A stretch of DNA of 61,622 bases from Nemertoderma westbladi. Taxonomy: Eukaryota > Animalia > Xenacoelomorpha. Each line of letters begins with the position of its first letter. Position 1 is the stretch's first letter. The notes below the pieces were generated by a model. It did no database searches, was not told the DNA's origin, and saw only the letters and a list, made by a program, of their open reading frames with translations. The stretch spans positions 1-61,622 of the forward strand of contig JAUCBJ010007384.1 in the NCBI GenBank assembly GCA_032718475.1. The letters run 5' to 3'. Positions 1-14,644 of the stretch are shown here, piece by piece. A program made the translations under genes and the position numbers.

Positions 1-3000
1 GAGTTCATTCTATCTAACCATTGGAATCTATTGAGATTCCATTCTATCTAACAATTGGAATCCATTGAGAGTTCATTCTATCTAACAATTGGAATCCATT
101 GAGAGTTCATTCTATCTAACAATTGGAATCCATTGAGAGTTCATTCTATCTAACAATTGGAATCTATTGAGAGTTCATTCTATTTAACAATTGGAATCTA
201 TTGAGAGTTCATTCTATCTAACAATTGGAATCCATTGAGAGTTCATTCTATCTAACAATTGGAATCCATTGAGAGTTCATTCTATCTAACCATTGGAATC
301 CATTGAGAGTTCATTCTATCTAACCATTGGAATCCATTGAGAGTCCATTCTATCTAACAATTGGAATCTATTGAGAGTCCATTCTATCTAACAATTGGAA
401 TCTATTGAGAGTTAATTCTATCTAACCATTGGAATCTATTGAGAGTTCATTCTATCTAACCATTGGAATCTATTGAGAGTCCATTCTATCTAACAATTGG
501 AATCTATTGAGATTCCATTCTATCTAACAATTGGAATCCATTGAGAGTTCATTCTATCTAACCATTGGAATCTATTGAGAGTTCATTCTATCTAACCATT
601 GGAATCTATTGAGAGTTAATTCTATCTAACCATTGGAATTCATTGAGAGTTCATTGTATCTAACCATTGGAATCTATTGAGAGTTCATTATATCTAACAA
701 TTGGAATCTATTGAGAGTTCATTCTATCTAACAATTGGAATCTATTGAGAGTTCATTATATCTAACAAATTGAATCTATTGAGAGTTCATTCTATCTAAC
801 CATTGGAATCCATTTAGAGTTAATTCTATCTAACCATTGGAATCCATTGAGAGTTCATTTTATCTAACCATTGGAATCTATTGAGAGTCCATTCTATCTA
901 ACAATTGGAATCTATTGAGAGTTAATTCTATCTAACCATTGGAATCTATTGAGAGTTCATTCTATCTAACCATTGGAATCTATTGAGAGTCCATTCTATC
1001 TAACAATTGGAATCTATTGAGATTCCATTCTATCTAACAATTGGAATCCATTGAGAGTTCATTCTATCTAACCATTGGAATCTATTGAGAGTTCATTCTA
1101 TCTAACCATTGGAATCTATTGAGAGTTAATTCTATCTAACCATTGGAATTCATTGAGAGTTCATTGTATCTAACCATTGGAATCTATTGAGAGTTCATTC
1201 TATCTAACAATTGGAATCTATTGAGAGTTCATTCTATCTAACAATTGGAATCTATTGAGAGTTCATTATATCTAACAAATTGAATCTATTGAGAGTTCAT
1301 TCTATCTAACCATTGGAATCCATTTAGAGTTAATTCTATCTAACCATTGGAATCCATTGAGAGTTCATTTTATCTAACCATTGGAATCTATTGAGAGTTC
1401 ATTCTATCTAACCAATGGAATCTATTGAGAGTTCATTCAATCTAACAATTGGAATCTATTGAGAGTTCATTATATCTAACAAATTGAATCTATCGAGAGT
1501 TCATTCTATCTAACCAATGGAATCTATTGAGAATTAGTTCATTCTATCTAACCATTGGAATCTATTGAGAGTTCATTCTATCTAACAATTGGAATCTATT
1601 GAGAGTTCATTCTATCTAACAAATTGAATCTATTGAGAGTTCATTCTATCTAACAATTGGAATCTATTGAGAGTTCATTCTATCTAACAAATTGAATCTA
1701 TTGAGAGTTCATTCTATCTAACCATTGGAATCTATTGAGAGTACATTCTATCTAACCATTGGGATCCATTGAGAGTTCATTTTATCTAACCATTGGAATC
1801 TATTGAGATTCCATTCTATCTAACAATTGGAATCTATTGTGAGTTCATTCTATCTAACCATTGGAATCTATTGAGAGTTCATTCTATCTAACCATTGGAA
1901 TCTATTGAGATTCCATTCTATCTAACAATTGGAATCCATTGAGAGTTCATTCTATCTAACAATTGGAATCTATTGAGAGTTCATTCTATCTAACCATTGG
2001 AATCTATTGAGATTCCATTCTATCTAACAATTGGAATCTATTGAGAGTTCATTCTATCTAACCATTGGAATCTATTGAGAGTTCATTCTATCTAACCATT
2101 GGAATCTTTTGAGATTCCATTCTATCTAACAATTGGAATCCATTGAGAGTTCATTCTATCTAACAATTGGAATCTATTGAGAGTTCATTCTATCTAACCA
2201 TTGGAATCTATTGAGATTCCATTCTATCTAACAATTGGAATCCATTGAGAGTTCATTCTATCTAACAATTGGAATCTATTGAGAGTTCATTCTATCTAAC
2301 CATTGGAATCTATTGAGATTCCATTCTATCTAACAATTGGAATCCATTGAGAGTTCATTCTATCTAACAATTGGAATCTATTGAGAGTTCATTCTATCTA
2401 ACCATTGGAATCTATTGAGATTCCATTCTATCTAACAATTGGAATCCATTGAGAGTTCATTCTATCTAACAATTGGAATCTATTGAGAGTTCATTCTATC
2501 TAACCATTGGAATCTATTGAGATTCCATTCTATCTAACAATTGGAATCCATTGAGAGTTCATTCTATCTAACAATTGGAATCTATTGAGAGTTATTCCAT
2601 TCTAACTAACAATTGGAATCTATTGAGAGTTCATTCTATCTAACCATTGGAATCTATTGAGAGTTCATTCTATCTAACCATTGGAATCTATTGAGAGTTC
2701 ATTCTATCTAACAATTGGAATATATTGAGATTCCATTCTATCTAACAATTGGAATCTATTGAGAGTTAATTCTATCTAACAATTGGAATCTATTGAGATT
2801 CCATTCTATCTAACAATTGGAATCTATTGAGAGTTCATTCTATCTCACCATTGGAATCTATTGAGAGTTCATTCTATCTAACAATTGGAATCTATTGAGA
2901 GTTCATTCTATCTAACAATTGGAATCTATTGAGATTCCATTCTATCTAACCAATGGAATCTATTGAGAGTTCATTCTATCTAACCATTGGAATCCATTGA

Positions 3001-6000
3001 GAGTTCATTCTATCTAACCATTGGAATCCATTGATAGTTCATTCTATCTCACCATTGGAATCTATTGAGAGTTCATTATATCTAACCATTGGAATCTATC
3101 GAGAGTTCATTCTATCTAACCATTGGAATCTATTGAGAGTTCATTCTATCTAACAATTGGAATCTATTGAGAGTTCATTCTATCTAACCATTGGAATCTA
3201 TTGAGAGTTCATTCTATCTAACCATTGGAATCTATTGAGAGTTCATTCTATCTAACCATTGGAATCTATTGAGAGTTCATTCTATCTAACAATTGGAATC
3301 TATTGAGAGTTCATTCTATCTAACAATTGGAATCTATTGAGAGTTCATTCTATCTAACAATTGGAATCTATTGAGAGTTCATTCTATCTAACCAATGGAA
3401 TCTATTGAGAGTTCATTCTATCTAACAATTGGAATCTATTGATAGTTCATTCTATCTAACCATTGGAATCTATTGAGAGTTCATTCTATCTAACCATTGG
3501 AATCTATTGAGAGTTCATTCTATCTAACCAATGGAATCTATTGAGAGTTCATTCTATCTAACAATTGGAATCTATTGATAGTTCATTCTATATCTAACCA
3601 TTGGAATCTATTGAGAGTTCATTCTATCTAACAATTGGAATCTATTGAGAGTCCATTCTATCTAACAATTGGAATCTATTGAGAGTTCATTCTATCTAAC
3701 AAATTGAATCTATTGAGAGTTCATTCTATCTAACAATTGGAATCTATTAAGAGTTCATTCTATCTAACAATTGGAATCCATTGAGAGTTCATTCTATCTA
3801 ACAATTGGAATATATTGAGAGTTCATTCTATCTAACCAATGGAATCTATTGAGAGTTCATTCTATCTAACAAATTGAATCTATTGAGAGTTCATTCTATC
3901 TAACAATTGGAATCTATTGAGAGTTCATTCTATCTAACAATTGGAATCCATTGAGAGTTCATTCTATCTAACCATTGGAATCTATTGAGAGTTCATTCTA
4001 TCTAACAATTGGAATCTATTGAGAGTTAGTTCATTCTATCTAACAATTGGAATCTATTGAGAGTTAGTTCATTCTATCTAACAATTGGAATCTATTGAGA
4101 GTCCATTCTATCTAACCATTGGAATCTATTGAGAGTTCATTCTATCTAACCATTGGAATCTATTGAGAGTTCATTCTATCTAACAATTGGAATCCATTGA
4201 GAGTTCATTCTATCTAACAATTGGAATCTATTGAGAGTTCATTCTATCTAACCATTGGAATCTATTGAGATTCCATTCTATCTAACAATTGGAATCCATT
4301 GAGAGTTCATTCTATCTAACAATTGGAATCTATTGAGAGTTAGTCCATTCTATCTAACAATTGGAATCTATTGAGAGTTCATTCTATCTAACCATTGGAA
4401 TCTATTGAGAGTTCATTCTATCTAACCATTGGAATCTATTGAGAGTTCATTCTATCTAACAATTGGAATATATTGAGATTCCATTCTATCTAACAATTGG
4501 AATCTATTGAGAGTTAATTCTATCTAACAATTGGAATCTATTGAGATTCCATTCTATCTAACAATTGGAATCTATTGAGAGTTCATTCTATCTCACCATT
4601 GGAATCTATTGAGAGTTCATTCTATCTAACAATTGGAATCTATTGAGAGTTCATTCTATCAAACAATTGGAATCTATTGAGATTCCATTCTATCTAACCA
4701 ATGGAATCTATTGAGAGTTCATTCTATCTAACCATTGGAATCCATTGAGAGTTCATTCTATCTAACCATTGGAATCCATTGATAGTTCATTCTATCTCAC
4801 CATTGTAATCTATTGAGAGTTCATTCTATCTAACCATTGGAATCTATCGAGAGTTCATTCTATCTAACCATTGGAATCTATTGAGAGTTCATTCTATCTA
4901 ACAATTGGAATCTATTGAGAGTTCATTCTATCTAACCATTGGAATCTATTGAGAGTTCATTCTATCTAACCATTGGAATCTATTGAGAGTTCATTCTATC
5001 TAACCATTGGAATCTATTGAGAGTTCATTCTATCTAACAATTGGAATCTATTGAGAGTTCATTCTATCTAACAATTGGAATCTATTGAGAGTTCATTCTA
5101 TCTAACAATTGGAATCTATTGAGAGTTCATTCTATCTAACCAATGGAATCTATTGAGAGTTCATTCTATCTAACAATTGGAATCTATTGATAGTTCATTC
5201 TATCTAACCATTGGAATCTATTGAGAGTTCACTCTATCTAACCATTGGAATCTATTGAGAGTTCATTCTATCTAACCAATGGAATCTATTGAGAGTTCAT
5301 TCTATCTAACAATTGGAATCTATTGATAGTTCATTCTATATCTAACCATTGGAATCTATTGAGAGTTCATTCTATCTAACAATTGGAATCTATTGAGAGT
5401 CCATTCTATCTAACAATTGGAATCTATTGAGAGTTCATTCTATCTAACAAATTGAATCTATTGAGAGTTCATTCTATCTAACAATTGGAATCTATTAAGA
5501 GTTCATTCTATCTAACAATTGGAATCCATTGAGAGTTCATTCTATCTAACAATTGGAATATATTGAGAGTTCATTCTATCTAACCAATGGAATATATTGA
5601 GAGTTCATTCTATCTAACCAATGGAATATATTGAGAGTTCATTCTATCTAACAATTGGAATCTATTGAGAGTTCATTCTATCTAACAATTGGAATCCATT
5701 GAGAGTTCATTCTATCTAACCATTGGAATCTATTGAGAGTTCATTCTATCTAACAATTGGAATCTATTGAGAGTTAGTTCATTCTATCTAACAATTGGAA
5801 TCTATTGAGAGTTCATTCTATCTAACAATTGGAATCTATTGAGAGTCCATTCTATCTAACCATTTGAATCTATTGAGAGTTCATTCTATCTAACCATTGG
5901 AATCTATTGAGAGTTCATTCTATCTAACAATTGGAATCTATTGAGATTCCATTCTATCTAACAATTGGAATCTATTGAGAGTTAATTCTATCTAACAATT

Positions 6001-9000
6001 GGAATCTGTTGAGATTCCATTCTATCTAACAATTGGAATCTATTGAGAGTTCATTCTATCTCACCATTGGAATCTATTGAGAGTTCATTCTATCTAACAA
6101 TTGGAATCTATTGAGAGTTCATTCTATCTAACAATTGGAATCTATTGAGATTCCATTCTATCTAACCAATGGAATCTATTGAGAGTTCATTCTATCTAAC
6201 CATTGGAATCCATTGAGAGTTCATTCTATCTAACCATTGGAATCCATTGATAGTTCATTCTATCTCACCATTGGAATCTATTGAGAGTTCATTCTATCTA
6301 ACCATTGGAATCTATCGAGAGTTCATTCTATCTAACCATTGGAATCTATTGAGAGTTCATTCTATCTAACAATTGGAATCTATTGAGAGTTCATTCTATC
6401 TAACCATTGGAATCTATTGAGAGTTCATTCTATCTAATCATTGGAATCTATTGAGAGTTCATTCTATCTAACCATTGGAATCTATTGAGAGTTCATTCTA
6501 TCTAACAATTGGAATCTATTGAGAGTTCATTCTATCTAACCATTGGAATCTATTGAGAGTTCATTCTATCTAACCATTGGAATCTATTGAGAGTTCATTC
6601 TATCTAACCAATGGAATCTATTGAGAGTTCATTCTATCTAACAATTGGAATCTATTGATAGTTCATTCTATATCTAACCATTGGAATCTATTGAGAGTTC
6701 ATTCTATCTAACAATTGGAATCTATTGAGATTCAATTCTATCTAACCAATGGAATCTATTGAGAGTTCATTCTATCTAACAAATTGAATCTATTGAGAGT
6801 TCATTCTATCTAACAAATTGAATCTATTGAGAGTTCATTCTATCTAACCAATGGAATCTATTGAGAGTTCATTCTATCTAACAATTGGAATCTATTGAGA
6901 TTCCATTCTATCTAACCAATGGAATCTATTGAGAGTTCATTCTATCTAACCAATGGAATCTATTGAGAGTTCATTCTATCTAACAATTGGAATCTATTGA
7001 GAGTTCATTCTATCTAACCAATGGAATCTATTGAGAGTTCATTCTATCTAACAAATGGAATCTATTGAGAGTTCATTCTATCTAACAATTGGAATCTATT
7101 GAGAGTTCATTCTATCTAACAATTGGAATCTATTGAGATTCCATTCTATCTAACCAATGGAATCTATTGAGAGTTCATTCTATCTAACCAATGGAATCTA
7201 TTGAGAGTTCATTCTATCTAACAATTGGAATCTATTGAGAGTTCATTCTATCTAACAATTGGAATCTATTGAGATTCCATTCTATCTAACCAATGGAATC
7301 TATTGAGAGTTCATTCTATCTAACCAATGGAATCTATTGAGAGTTCATTCTATCTAACCAATGGAATCTATTGAGAGTTCATTCTATCTAACAAATTGAA
7401 TCTATTGAGAGTTCATTCTATCTAACAATTGGAATCTATTGAGAGTTCATTCTATCTAACAATTGGAATCTATTGAGATTCCATTCTATCTAACCAATGG
7501 AATCTATTGAGAGTTCATTCTATCTAACCAATGGAATCTATTGAGAGTTCATTCTTTCTAACAATTGGAATCTATTGAGAGTTCATTCTATCTAACAATT
7601 GGAATCTATTGAGATTCCATTCTATCTAACCAATGGAATCTATTGAGAGTTCATTCTATCTAACCAATGGAATCTATTGAGAGTTCATTCTATCTAACCA
7701 ATGGAATCTATTGAGAGTTCATTCTATCTAACAAATTGAATCTATTGAGAGTTCATTCTATCTAACAATTGGAATCTATTAAGAGTTCATTCTATCTAAC
7801 AATTGGAATCTATTGAGAGTTAGTTCATTCTATCTAACAATTGGAATCTATTGAGAGTTCATTCTATCTAACAATTGGAATCCATTGAGAGTTCATTCTA
7901 TCTAACAATTGGAATCTATTGAGAGTTCATTCTATTTAACAATTGGAATCTATTGAGAGTTCATTCTATCTAACAATTGGAATCTATTGATAGTTCATTC
8001 TATATCTAACCATTGGAAACCATTGAGAGTTCATTCTATCTAACCATTGGAATCTATTGAGAGTTCATTCTATCTAACAATTGGAATCCATTGAGAGTTC
8101 ATTCTATCTAACCATTGGAATCCATTGAGAGTTCATTCTATCTAACCATTGGAATCCATTGAGAGTCCATTCTATCTAACAATTGGAATCTATTGAGAGT
8201 TCATTCTATCTAACAATTGGAATCTATTGAGAGTCCATTCTATCTAACAATTGGAATCTATTGAGAGTTAATTCTATCTAACCATTGGAATCTATTGAGA
8301 GTTCATTCTATCTAACCATTGGAATCTATTGAGAGTCCATTCTATCTAACAATTGGAATCTATTGAGATTCCATTCTATCTAACAATTGGAATCCATTGA
8401 GAGTTCATTCTATCTAACCATTGGAATCTATTGAGAGTTAATTCTATCTATCCATTGGAATCTATTGAGAGTTAATTCTATCTAACCATTGGAATTCATT
8501 GAGAGTTCATTGTATCTAACCATTGGAATCTATTGAGAGTTCATTCTATCTAACAATTGGACTCTATTGAGAGTTCATTCTATCTAACAATTGGAATCTA
8601 TTGAGAGTTCATTATATCTAACAAATTGAATCTATTGAGAGTTCATTCTATCTAACCATTGGAATCCATTTAGAGTTAATTCTATCTAACCATTGGAATC
8701 CATTGAGAGTTCATTTTATCTAACCATTGGAATCTATTGAGAGTTCATTCTATCTAACCAATGGAATCTATTGAGAGTTCATTCAATCTAACAATTGGAA
8801 TCTATTGAGAGTTCATTATATCTAACAAATTGAATCTATCGAGAGTTCATTCTATCTAACCAATGGAATCTATTGAGAATTAGTTCATTCTATCTAACCA
8901 TTGGAATCTATTGAGAGTTCATTCTATCTAACAATTGGAATCTATTGAGAGTTCATTCTATCTAACAAATTGAATCTATTGAGAGTTCATTCTATCTAAC

Positions 9001-12000
9001 AATTGGAATCTATTGAGAGTTCATTCTATCTAACAAATTGAATCTATTGAGAGTTCATTCTATCTAACCATTGGAATCTATTGAGAGTACATTCTATCTA
9101 ACCATTGGAATCCATTGAGAGTTCATTTTATCTAACCATTGGAATCTATTGAGATTCCATTCTATCTAACAATTGGAATCTATTGAGAGTTCATTCTATC
9201 TAACCATTGGAATCTATTGAGAGTTCATTCTATCTAACCATTGGAATCTATTGAGATTCCATTCTATCTAACAATTGGAATCCATTGAGAGTTCATTCTA
9301 TCTAACAATTGGAATCTATTGAGAGTTCATTCTATCTAACCATTGGAATCTATTGAGATTCCATTCTATCTAACCATTGGAATCTATTGAGATTCCATTC
9401 TATCTAACAATTGGAATCCATTGAGAGTTCATTCTATCTAACAATTGGAATCTATTGAGAGTTCATTCTATCTAACCATTGGAATCTATTGAGATTCCAT
9501 TCTATCTAACAATTGGAATCCATTGAGAGTTCATTCTATCTAACAATTGGAATCTATTGAGAGTTCATTCTATCTAACAATTGGAATCTATTGAGAGTTC
9601 ATTCTATCTAACCATTGGAATCTATTGAGATTCCATTCTATCTAACAATTGGAATCCATTGAGAGTTCATTCTATCTAACAATTGGAATCTATTGAGAGT
9701 TCATTCTATCTAACCATTGGAATCTATTGAGATTCCATTCTATCTAACAATTGGAATCCATTGAGAGTTCATTCTATCTAACAATTGGAATCTATTGAGA
9801 GTTCATTCTATCTAACCATTGGAATCTATTGAGATTCCATTCTATCTAACAATTGGAATCCATTGAGAGTTCATTCTATCTAACAATTGGAATCTATTGA
9901 GAGTTCATTCTATCTAACCATTGGAATCTATTGAGATTCCATTCTATCTAACAATTGGAATCCATTGAGAGTTCATTCTATCTAACAATTGGAATCCATT
10001 GAGAGTTCATTCTATCTAACAATTGGAATCTATTGAGAGTTCATTCTATCTAACCATTGGAATCTATTGAGATTCCATTCTATCTAACAATTGGAATCCA
10101 TTGAGAGTTCATTCTATCTAACAATTGGAATCTATTGAGAGTTCATTCTATCTAACCATTGGAATCTATTGAGATTCCATTCTATCTAACAATTGGAATC
10201 CATTGAGAGTTCATTCTATCTAACAATTGGAATCTATTCAGAGTTCATTCTATCTAACCATTGGAATCTATTGAGATTCCATTCTATCTAACAATTGGAA
10301 TCCATTGAGAGTTCATTCTATCTAACCATTGGAATCTATTGAGAGTTCATTCTATCTAACCATTGGAATATATTGAGAGTTCATTCTATCTAACAATTGG
10401 AATCTATTGAGAGTTCATTCTATCTAACAATTGGAATCCATTGAGAGTTCATTCTATCTAACCATTGGAATCCATTGAGAGTTCATTCTATCTAACCATT
10501 GGAATCTATTGAGAGTTCATTCTATCTAACCATTGGAATCCATTGAGAGTTCATTCTATCTAACCATTGGAATCTATTGAGAGTTCATTCTATCTAACCA
10601 ATGGAATCTATTGAGATTCCATTCTATCTAACAATTGGAATCCATTGAGAGTTCATTCTATCTAACAATTGGAATCTATTGAGAGTTCATTCTATCTAAC
10701 AATTGGAATCTATTGAGAGTTCATTCTATCTAACAATTGGAATCCATTGAGAGTTCATTCTATCTAACCATTGGAATCCATTGAGAGTTCATTTTATCTA
10801 ACCATTGGAATCTATTGAGAGTTCATTCATATCTAACCATTGGAATCTATTGAGAGTTCATTCTATCTAACCATTGGAATCTATTGAGAGTTAATTCTAT
10901 CTAACAATTGGAATCCATTGAGAGTTCATTCTATCTAACCATTGGAATCTATTGAGAGTTCATTCTATCTAACCATTGGAATCTATTGAGATTCCATTCT
11001 ATCTAACAATTGGAATCCATTGAGAGTTCATTCTATCTAACAATTGGAATCTATTGAGAGTTCATTCTATCTAACCATTGGAATCTATTGAGAGTTCCAT
11101 TCTATCTAACAATTGGAATCCATTGAGAGTTCATTCTATCTAACCATTGGAATCTATTGAGAGTTCATTCTATCTAACCATTGGAATCTATTGAGAGTTC
11201 ATTCTATCTAACAATTGGAATCTATTGAGAGTTCATTCTATCTAACCAATTGGAATCTATTGAGAGTTAGTTCATTCTATCTAACCATTGGAATCTATTG
11301 AGAGTTCATTCTATCTAACAATTGGAATCCATTGAGAGTTCATTCTATCTAACCATTGGAATCCATTGAGAGTTCATTCTATCTAACCATTGGAATCTAT
11401 TGAGAGTTCATTCTATCTAACCATTGGAATCCATTGAGAGTTCATTTTATCTAACCATTGGAATCTATTGAGAGTTCATTCTATCTAACCAATGGAATCT
11501 ATTGAGAGTTCCATTCTATCTAACAATTGGAATCCATTGAGAGTTCATTCTATCTAACAATTGGAATCTATTGAGAGTTCATTCTATCTAACCATTGGAA
11601 TCTATTGAGATTCCATTCTATCTAACAATTGGAATCCATTGAGAGTTCATTCTATCTAACAATTGGAATCTATTGAGAGTTCATTCTATCTAACCATTGG
11701 AATCTATTGAGATTCCATTCTATCTAACAATTGGAATCCATTGAGAGTTCATTCTATCTAACCATTGGAATCTATTGAGAGTTCATTCTATCTAACCATT
11801 GGAATATATTGAGAGTTCATTCTATCTAACAATTGGAATCTATTGAGAGTTCATTCTATCTAACCAATGGAATCTATTGAGAGTTCATTCTATCTAACAA
11901 TTGGAATCTATTGAGAGTTCATTCTATCTAACCATTGGAATCTATTGAGATTCCATTCTATCTAACAATTGGAATCCATTGAGAGTTCATTCTATCTAAC

Positions 12001-13046
12001 CATTGGAATCTATTGAGAGTTCATTCTATCTAACCATTGGAATATATTGAGAGTTCATTCTATCTAACAATTGGAATCTATTGAGAGTTCATTCTATCTA
12101 ACCATTGGAATCTATTGAGAGTTCATTCTATCTAACCATTGGAATATATTGAGAGTTCATTCTATCTAACAATTGGAATCTATTGAGAGTTCATTCTATC
12201 TAACCAATGGAATCTATTGAGAGTTCATCCTATCTAACCATTGGAATCTATTGAGAGTTCATTCTATCTAACAATTGGAATCCATTGAGAGTTCATTCTA
12301 TCTAACCATTGGATTCCATTGAGAGTTCATTTTATCTAACCATTGGAATCTATTGAGAGTTCATTCTATCTAACCATTGGAATCCATTGAGAGTTCATTT
12401 TATCTAACCATTGGAATCTATTGAGAGTTCATTCTATCTAACCATTGGAATCTATTGAGATTCCATTCTATCTAACAATTGGAATCCATTGAGAGTTCAT
12501 TCTATCTAACAATTGGAATCTATTGAGAGTTCATTCTATCTAACAATTGGAATCTATTGAGAGTTCATTCTATCTAACAATTGGAATCCATTGAGAGTTC
12601 ATTCTATCTAACCATTGGAATCCATTGAGAGTTCATTTTATCTAACCATTGGAATCTATTGAGAGTTCATCATATCTAACCATTGGAATCTATTGAGAGT
12701 TCATTCTATCTAACCATTGGAATCTATTGAGAGTTAATTCTATCTAACAATTGGAATCCATTGATAGTTCATTCTATCTAACCATTGGAATCTATTGAGA
12801 GTTCATTCTATCTAACCATTGGAATCTATTGAGAGTTCATTCTATCTAACCATTGGAATCTATTGAGAGTTCATTCTATCTAACCATTGGAATCTATTGA
12901 GAGTTCATTCTATCTAACCAATGGAATCTATTGAGAGTTCATTCTATCTAACAATTGGAATCCATTGAGAGTTCATTCTATCTAGCCATTGGAATCTATT
13001 GAGAGTTCATTCTATCTAACCATTGGAATCTATTGAGAGTTCATTC
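1..13046. repeat. 34-bp satellite array, consensus GAGAGTTCATTCTATCTAAC(C/A)ATTGGAATC(T/C)ATT, about 380 copies, running off the 5' edge of the window
   Basis: 34-nt periodicity read directly (pos 1 gagttcattc aligns with pos 35 gattccattc); array stops at ...gagagttcattc, 13046. Confidence 0.98.
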
Positions 13047-13235
13047 ACGACATCTTGTCAATTTGAAGAAAATGACGAAATTGATCATGAAATATATATC
13101 AATGATTGGGTTTATATATTGAAGCTTTTACTATTACAGTATTTATAATATTGAACGACATAATGTAAATGTTTACTATTTCAAAGTTTTAGTTGCATAG
13201 AGTAACATTGGACATGGCCCATAACGGTAACAATA

Positions 13236-14333
13236 TTAACCATGTTTACATAATTGTTCCATAATGACGGTAGCGAGACTCATACATTGTAGGTACTCAT
13301 CGGCACCACCAATCAAACAGCTCTCTACAACTGCCATGTGTTCCAGTATAGCCGCCAGCTGATTATCGTTAATGTCATCTTTACCTACAACCAGCATCTG
13401 CAACTGATTAACTACCTTCATAGCAGAATATCCGTCCGCTATAATCGCTTTTATATTATCTGACACGCGATGGTACGAGTTGCTATAGCAACTGATCACC
13501 AGATCCTCTACCAAATCGTTAGGAATTTCTCCGGATATTTCTAGAATATCGTCTTTTGCGACGTTTTCGGCCCCAAACAGACGATGGGCGGATTGCAGAA
13601 GCGTTATGGCTTTACGTAGATCGCCCCCGGATACAGTAATCACTACGTCCAACGCGCCGTCGCTTATAGAAACCGATTCCGAGTCAACAATACGAGTTAA
13701 ATGCACTTTCTGCACGTCCGGGGGCAGCGGTTTAAATCGGAACTTACAACACCGCGATGTTATCGGGTCTATTATACGCGAGATGTAGTTACAGATGAGA
13801 CAGAATCGAGTTGTTCGGGTTTCTTTCTCCATGGTTCTTCGCAACGCTGCTTGGGCCGCCTCTGTCATGGAGTCGCACTCGTCCAGAATGATTAGTTTGA
13901 ACCCCGGACACGGACTGCCATCCGTTCGGACGCTGGAAGCGGTTAGTTGCGAGAATCGTTTAACTTTGTCGCGGACAACCTGGATTCCGCGTTCGTCCGA
14001 AGCGTTGAGTTCGAGGACCCGTTTGCGCCACAAGTCGTCGCCGAATAGTTGTCGCGCAGCTGCGAGTATTGCGGATGTTTTACCCGACCCCGGGGGTCCG
14101 TAGAACAGAAGGTTCGGGAGGCCGTTGCCCTTTTCGATGCAGGTTCGGAGCAGCGTGACGATCTCGTCTTGATGGCCGATATCCTCGATCGTTCTGGGAC
14201 GGTATTTCTCCACCCAGGGGATGTTTTGTTTCTTTTTTGTCGACGATTTCTCGCAAATCGAATGTTCCAAAACAACTGATGTTGCCGGATTAGGGAATGG
14301 TTTGGCGCCAAAAAAAGTTCCAATGTCAGTCAT
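13236..14333 (-). CDS. RFC4: Replication factor C subunit 4 (clamp-loader AAA+ ATPase), 365 aa, single exon
   Basis: RFC boxes PWVEKYRP, Walker A GPPGSGKTS, LELNASDERGIQVVR, Walker B IILDECDSMT and the SRC motif. The TASSVRTDGSPCPGFK segment resembles the metazoan RFC4 VSGSRSDGKPCPPFK region. The ORF is uninterrupted and full length. Confidence 0.95.
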   Translation of the reverse strand: MTDIGTFFGAKPFPNPATSVVLEHSICEKSSTKKKQNIPWVEKYRPRTIEDIGHQDEIVTLLRTCIEKGNGLPNLLFYGPPGSGKTSAILAAARQLFGDDLWRKRVLELNASDERGIQVVRDKVKRFSQLTASSVRTDGSPCPGFKLIILDECDSMTEAAQAALRRTMEKETRTTRFCLICNYISRIIDPITSRCCKFRFKPLPPDVQKVHLTRIVDSESVSISDGALDVVITVSGGDLRKAITLLQSAHRLFGAENVAKDDILEISGEIPNDLVEDLVISCYSNSYHRVSDNIKAIIADGYSAMKVVNQLQMLVVGKDDINDNQLAAILEHMAVVESCLIGGADEYLQCMSLATVIMEQLCKHG

Positions 14334-14428
14334 ATTTTATTATCTTTACTGCACACTGCACATCTGCAGTAGGCCCTACCGAGTACAGAGCACTGCTCCA
14401 ACCTGCTTACTGCAGTACTGATTTTAAG

Positions 14429-14554
14429 TTTAGGACAAGGACTACTACTATACTACAGGACTGGCATACTGCCTGATCCGACTTCGCTAGCGAAGTCGGA
14501 TGAAGGGGTGTGCCAGTCCTGTAGTATAGTTGTAGTCCTTGGTTTAGTCCTAAA
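14429..14554. repeat. ~125-bp near-perfect inverted repeat/hairpin upstream of RFC4
   Basis: Perfect 26-bp palindrome atccgacttcgctagcgaagtcggat (14476-14501); outer arms aaggactactactatactacaggactggca / tgccagtcctgtagtatagttgtagtcctt pair with 1 mismatch. Confidence 0.9.
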
Positions 14555-14644
14555 ATAAGGAAACTATGACTTGTGACTGCTGGACTGTGCTAAACGCTGC
14601 ATGAGCAAGGGCCAGCGTGAAGCAACCCCCCCCCCCCCCCCCCC

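Noticed and set aside
13606-14421. Short ORFs overlapping RFC4, and similar ones antisense to EMC7 and the BEL pol
   Set aside because: Shadow or alternative-frame ORFs of real coding regions
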